From the NCBI GenBank assembly GCA_043228905.1, contig JBHGNT010001383.1:1-9165 (forward strand): 9,165 nucleotides of DNA, in the 5' to 3' direction. This DNA comes from Azolla caroliniana (lineage: Eukaryota; Plantae; Polypodiophyta). Below the pieces are notes generated by a model. That model worked only from the letters and a program-made list of their open reading frames with translations. It ran no database searches and was not told the DNA's origin. Of the stretch, positions 1 to 9,165 are shown piece after piece. Numbering within the stretch: position 1 is the stretch's first letter; each line of letters opens with the position of its first letter. The position numbers and the translations under genes were made by a program.

Positions 1-366
1 AGCATTATATATAGATATATATCGGTAAAGATAACTGTTTTGAATAGCAAAACTGTATAATTGCATGAATCAGAGTCATCCCATGTTAGTTTGGTCATTG
101 AGCATGTAAGCATTCACTTCTTGTTTCCTCTTGATAATTTGATGGAAACTACTGTTTAATATTTTGACAAATGTTCTCTTTTTACTTTGGGCCACAGAAT
201 CTGAAAAGACTTCTTCACAATTCACATCCCCTATGGGAACGTTGACTTTTCCTTTCTTGATTGCTATTGAAATTTTAATTACACATGTAATAGAAGAAAA
301 GTCTGGGAAGGTAACAAATGATTGGAAATGTCAATTGTGTTCTTAACAAATGCTATGGATCTCCAG

Positions 367-647
367 AATTTTGATGGAGTGGTGGGCGATGTAACAATCA
401 CAACAAAGAGAATGGAGATAGTGGATTTCACTCAATCTTTTAAAGATTCGGGTCTTGTGGTGGTTATATCGGTACAGGGGTCACATTCTAGCTATCCATG
501 GGCATTCCTGCGACCTTTCTCACCAGCTATGTGGTGCACAACTCTAGCTTTCTTCGTCTTCACAGGACTTGTAGTCTGGTTGCTTGAGCACAAGAAAAAC
601 AGGGACTTCCGCGGTCACCCAAGGAAACAATTTGTAATTCTTTTATG
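367..647 (+). CDS. GLR: GLR exon: end of S1 ligand-binding lobe and M1 (NFDGVVGDV...KQFVILLW)
   Basis: Acceptor ctccAG at 365-366, phase 0. Donor TG|GTAAGA at 648 splits the Trp codon. The ATG at 322 in the ORF track lies in intron. Confidence 0.93.
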
Positions 648-2150
648 GTAAGATGTCTGTCTTCATACCTGTTTTATGTCAGCAATACCTGTCTGTCCAT
701 CATCTTTCCGAAAGCTCTTATCCCACTTCCAGTGCATCAAAGAAGGTTTAGGTAGTTTTGTGGTGTTTTGATTTATCAAGCAATCAAACAAGCTACACTC
801 CACATATTGTTTTCACCTCAGATATCCACATTTGCCTCTTTACAAAAGTTAATGCACTGCTTCTTCTATCACTTCCAACTTTTGGATTTTTCAAGCCCGT
901 TTTGAATGAATTTGGGTGAATGCAGGTTCACTTTCTCAACACTGTTTTTCTCACAAAGTAAGTGCGTTTAATTCATCATGCCAATCTACATAGTATATAA
1001 CTAACTCATGGTTTATAACTAAATCATGGTATGATACTTTTCAGGAGAGAGAACAAAGAGCACATTCGGGAGAGTTGTGGTTCTAATTTGGCTGTTTGTA
1101 GTTCTCATCATCACATCAAGTTATACTGCTAACCTAACCTCAATCTTGACAATACACCAGCTTACTCCTGTTGTTAAAGGTATTAGCAGCCTACAAACCG
1201 GTACTGACCCTATTGGCTATCAAACTGGATCCTTTGTGAAAAACTACCTGATTAACATGAACATAGCAGCAGAAAGGCTAATAGGTATGGCATCCATAAA
1301 TGATTACGCTGAGGCTCTTACAAAGGGTCCAGCCGGGGGAGGCGTTGCTGCCATTGTTGAGGAGCTTCCGTACGTGGAAGTCTTTCTGAGCATGAAGTGT
1401 GGCTTCTCTATTGTTGGCGACCAATTCACAAAAGGAGGATGGGGATATGTAAGCATTTAAACATAACATGTGATTTTGTGTATGTGTTAATCAGACAGCC
1501 CTCACACTTTGTTCTTTTCCTGATAGGCTTTCCCAAAGGGTTCTCAGCTTGCAATTGATATATCTGAAGCCATTCAGAAGATATCAGAGAGTGGACAACT
1601 CCGAAAGATTCAAGATGCCTGGATAACATCTGGCAATTGTGCAACCGCCACTAACGATATAGAGTCAATTCAATTAAGCTTGGGTAGTTTTTGGGGTCTC
1701 TTTCTAGTCACTGGCACGGCATCGGCCATGAGCCTTGTCATTTATTTAATTCGCCTACTGTTGCAATTCTCTCGACAGCAAAGAGATGTTTCTGAGTCCA
1801 CAAATCCTACATCTAGGAGCAAAGGATTTATCAAATCTTTTGCTTCATATGTGAATCAATCGGCAATTGCAAAAGATAAAAAGAGGGGGTCTGGCAGTAG
1901 TGGAAAACAGAAGAAGAATGTGGCTTCTGAACCAGATCAGAGTTCATCGACAGATCAAATGTCTCAAATATATCAGAGCTCCCCGTTATCTCAGAGCTCC
2001 CTATTTTCTCAGAGCTCCCCGTCGTATCAGAACTCCCCATCATATCAGAACTTCCCACCATATCAGAACTTTCCATCATATCAGAACTCCCTAGCCGACC
2101 AAAGTCTGAATCATGTTGATAATACAGAATTAAAACAGAGTTCTCCATGA
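367..2150 (+). CDS. GLR: Plant glutamate receptor-like (GLR, iGluR family) ion channel, 5'-partial; join(367..647,926..957,1045..1448,1527..2150)
   Basis: The spliced exons total 1341 nt (446 aa + TGA) with no internal stop. Motifs in order: S1 [18 protein letters not shown]1 [12 protein letters not shown]...WLLEH, pore [14 protein letters not shown]3 gate [13 protein letters not shown]2 [26 protein letters not shown]4 [10 protein letters not shown]. Introns 648-925, 958-1044 and 1449-1526 are GT-AG. The paralogue or clade cannot be assigned by eye. Confidence 0.96.
926..957 (+). CDS. GLR: GLR 32-nt micro-exon encoding the M2 pore loop (W)[10 protein letters not shown](R)
   Basis: Acceptor tgcAG at 924-925 and donor A|GTAAGT at 958. 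Phases match both flanking exons, and the peptide matches the plant GLR WFSFSTMFFAHRE pore motif. Confidence 0.93.
996..1030 (+). repeat. 18-bp-period tandem duplication in the GLR intron, spanning the probable branch point
   Basis: TATAACTAACTCATGGT (996-1012) and TATAACTAAATCATGGT (1014-1030) differ at one position. Confidence 0.85.
1045..1448 (+). CDS. GLR: GLR exon: M3 with SYTANLTS gate motif and most of S2
   Basis: Acceptor ttttcAG at 1043-1044 and donor TAT|GTAAGC at 1449. Reads (R)[35 protein letters not shown]...FTKGGWGY. Confidence 0.95.
1527..2150 (+). CDS. GLR: GLR terminal coding exon: end of S2, M4 and cytosolic tail
   Basis: Pyrimidine tract then AG at 1525-1526. Reads [38 protein letters not shown]...[14 protein letters not shown]..., in frame with ORF 1680..2150, with TGA at 2148-2150. 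Confidence 0.93.
   Translation, partial: AFPKGSQLAIDISEAIQKISESGQLRKIQDAWITSGNCATATNDIESIQLSLGSFWGLFLVTGTASAMSLVIYLIRLLLQFSRQQRDVSESTNPTSRSKGFIKSFASYVNQSAIAKDKKRGSGSSGKQKKNVASEPDQSSSTDQMSQIYQSSPLSQSSLFSQSSPSYQNSPSYQNFPPYQNFPSYQNSLADQSLNHVDNTELKQSSP
1935..2096 (+). repeat. In-frame 18-bp tandem repeat: 7 clear units at 1971-2096 plus 2 degenerate units at 1935-1970; consensus TATCAGA(A/G)CTCCCCATCA
   Basis: Units start at 1935 DQSSST, 1953 DQMSQI, 1971 YQSSPL, 1989 SQSSLF, 2007 SQSSPS, 2025 YQNSPS, 2043 YQNFPP, 2061 YQNFPS and 2079 YQNSLA. Confidence 0.95.
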
Positions 2151-3374
2151 ATGTTCTACAGATATTCCACAGCAATAGAGTGGAAACTTCCCCTAAACAC
2201 AAAAAATCAAAACCTTCAAGAATTATCCTTGATAGGTAAACGGGCAGATCATCATCTGTTCTGTATCAGTGCTGCTTTAGAAATGTGGTAACATGTCTGG
2301 TATGACAGACATCACCATGTGCAGAAACGTTTCAAATGGGCATGAAAATGTATAGCTGACAAAATAATGATTAACCAGAAGATGTATTCTACAGCTTTGT
2401 CATCATTATTTTTAGTATTATTATATACCCTGCTTACTGAGTATTCAATGTGGATAAGAACTCATTTTATTACTTGCCATAAGGTCCATATCTGTATAAT
2501 CTTTTATCTAATTCAGGTGCCATACTTAGGACTAAGTATGAGGAAAATGAAAGAAAAATCGTGGTATGGAAGTTGACACATCAGTTGATTTGGTCTGGGA
2601 TATCGACTTTCTCTTATGATATCATTTAGTTTTAAAGGTTTACTGCATTGACCACCATGATACAATTTTCTATTCCTTGGTCTCTTAGAAGTAAGAATGT
2701 CTCTCAATGTCATTTATTTCATGATAACATGTGAAATGGCTGTTCTTTTAATCAATCAACCATCCAGCTGTCCACAGAACTGCTGATACAGAATTCCCTT
2801 CCCCCAGCCTTGTGAACAACATAATTATGATAAAAGATCCAAGTTCATGCTATTACTGTTATCATTGGCTTATAAATCTTTGATCAAACACTTACTTTTG
2901 GAACTTTTCAGGGAGATATACCATACGATATGCTGTTTTTCATTTTGCAAAACAGACATTCCTACACAATGATACTAGTCACACCAATGCCTCACATTTA
3001 CGTTTAGGAATACAAACTAATAATAATACTCATAAAACCTTTCATTCATCACCAAATAAGTTGTTATATAAAGAGAGGCAAACAAGATTGTCAAGAAATT
3101 AAGATATTTCAATTTATACAAACTAACAGGATTAATTGGTAAATTTATTGGATGAATGATTTCCAAAGTTCGGTACTTATGTACCTAAACAGAATGTGTG
3201 GCCAGTCAAGTCTGCACATTTTTCACCTCCCATTGGTCACACAGAATAATAGTCTTATTGATTTTTCCCCATCACCCAATCAAGCTTTTGATAGCTGTAA
3301 TGGAGACCACAAAAACTTGGTGAAGAGTCACAACTTTGCCGGTGAAGTTGGACATGTTTTTAGATTATATAGGC

Positions 3375-8393
<5,019 letters not shown>

Positions 8394-9165
8394 CTGCTCC
8401 CAGAAATGCAAACCCTCGAAAGAGTTATTACAGTATTTTAAAAAATCTGTTGCAACAACTCACTTTTAACAAGTTGATAAAACTACAGCAGAAATGTTTT
8501 CCTCCTGAACATATCTTGCTTCTTAATGGTTGGATGTATGTCAGCATTGTGTCTCGACATATCTATATGATTACATTTACATTACTGTGTTAGTTCATTT
8601 TCATAAGAGTATTCCGAACCTGGACTTCTTGGTTGCATCAAAGGAAATTCTGGTTAAACAGAAATAATGGATGCCCTTATGGTTTCCATTTTACATGCAC
8701 ACTGTTTAAATGGCCTTTCTGTAACATAATTGTGGTACAAAGATAAAATCGTTAGATAAGTATGTTGGTGCTTGGTCATTAAGGCACAACACAGTTGAAT
8801 TGTTTTCTTGCGTACTTACTGAATGTGACACTCATTTTCATTCAAAGAATGACAATCTAAAGAACTGACTAAATGGTACTATAATAACATTGTTGAGTTA
8901 ACTTCGTTTGAATCTTGGAAAAAGTTCATTGCCCAAGAATATCTTACAAGAAATCAATAACTGTAATGGCACTTTGACAAAGAAGATTCTCTAAAACAAT
9001 AATGAGCAAGTGTGCAAGTGTGCATAGAAATTAAAACTTGATTGTGTATTTCAAAGCCCAAACCAGAAAATCTCTGAACATGATCATGTATGGTTAAGCA
9101 TGTCAATAATGTGTTGCCATAACCCCGAATTTCTAATGATCCTCCCAAAAATTCTGATAGCCACG

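Noticed and set aside
6-23. (TA)n-like tract, with a similar AT-rich tract at ~4589-4633
   Set aside because: These are short, interrupted low-complexity tracts of the kind common in plant introns.
223-270. HIPYGNVD in one frame, resembling the FIP(F/Y)GNG motif of the preceding GLR exon
   Set aside because: Only five residues match, a stop follows shortly, and the flanking GLR motifs are absent. The real exon must lie upstream of the window.
436-438. U-to-C RNA editing restoring Pro (TCT to CCT) in the GLR
   Set aside because: Plant U-to-C editing is established for organellar transcripts, and this is a spliceosomal nuclear gene.
1935-2096. Regularly spaced repeats as a possible CRISPR array
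   Set aside because: The units are contiguous with no unique spacers, lie in frame in a spliced eukaryotic gene, and have no cas genes nearby.
1831-2202. ORFs 1831..2202 (-) and 1867..2094 (+) with repetitive peptides (GSSDMM, HHIRT)
   Set aside because: They are alternative-frame shadows of the 18-bp repeat in the GLR last exon, with no independent support.
2286-2317. Short hairpin ATGTCTG-gtatga-CAGACAT downstream of the GLR stop
   Set aside because: A 7-bp stem is expected by chance in 9 kb and is too short for a miRNA precursor.
8394-9165. Search for the next upstream fumarase exon (expected LAQGGTAVGTGLNTKKG) and minus-strand GTAAG donor-like sites near 8819 and 8947
   Set aside because: No matching peptide was found and the sequence next to these sites does not translate as fumarase. 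The region is treated as intron continuing beyond the window.

Overview
AT-rich eukaryotic (land plant) nuclear DNA containing the 3' parts of two convergent, intron-containing genes. The ORF track shows only fragments of the first and misses the second. On the + strand are the last four coding exons of a plant glutamate receptor-like (GLR) channel: 367-647, 926-957, 1045-1448 and 1527-2150, giving 446 aa in the window and ending in an 18-bp/hexapeptide tandem-repeat tail. On the - strand are the last nine coding exons of a class II fumarate hydratase, from 8393 down to the stop at 3375, giving 222 aa with an intact GSSIMPGKVNPTQCE signature. All inferred introns are GT-AG and keep the reading frame. 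The 3068-bp fumarase intron (3914-6981) holds a decayed, 5'-truncated non-LTR retrotransposon in antisense orientation and a ~93-bp inverted-repeat element. Both 5' ends lie outside the window. I see no evidence of a new multi-gene system. The most interesting points are the GLR C-terminal repeat, the clade of the LINE, substitutions at normally conserved residues in both proteins, and possible splicing in the GLR 3' UTR. All family comparisons are from remembered motifs, not database searches.
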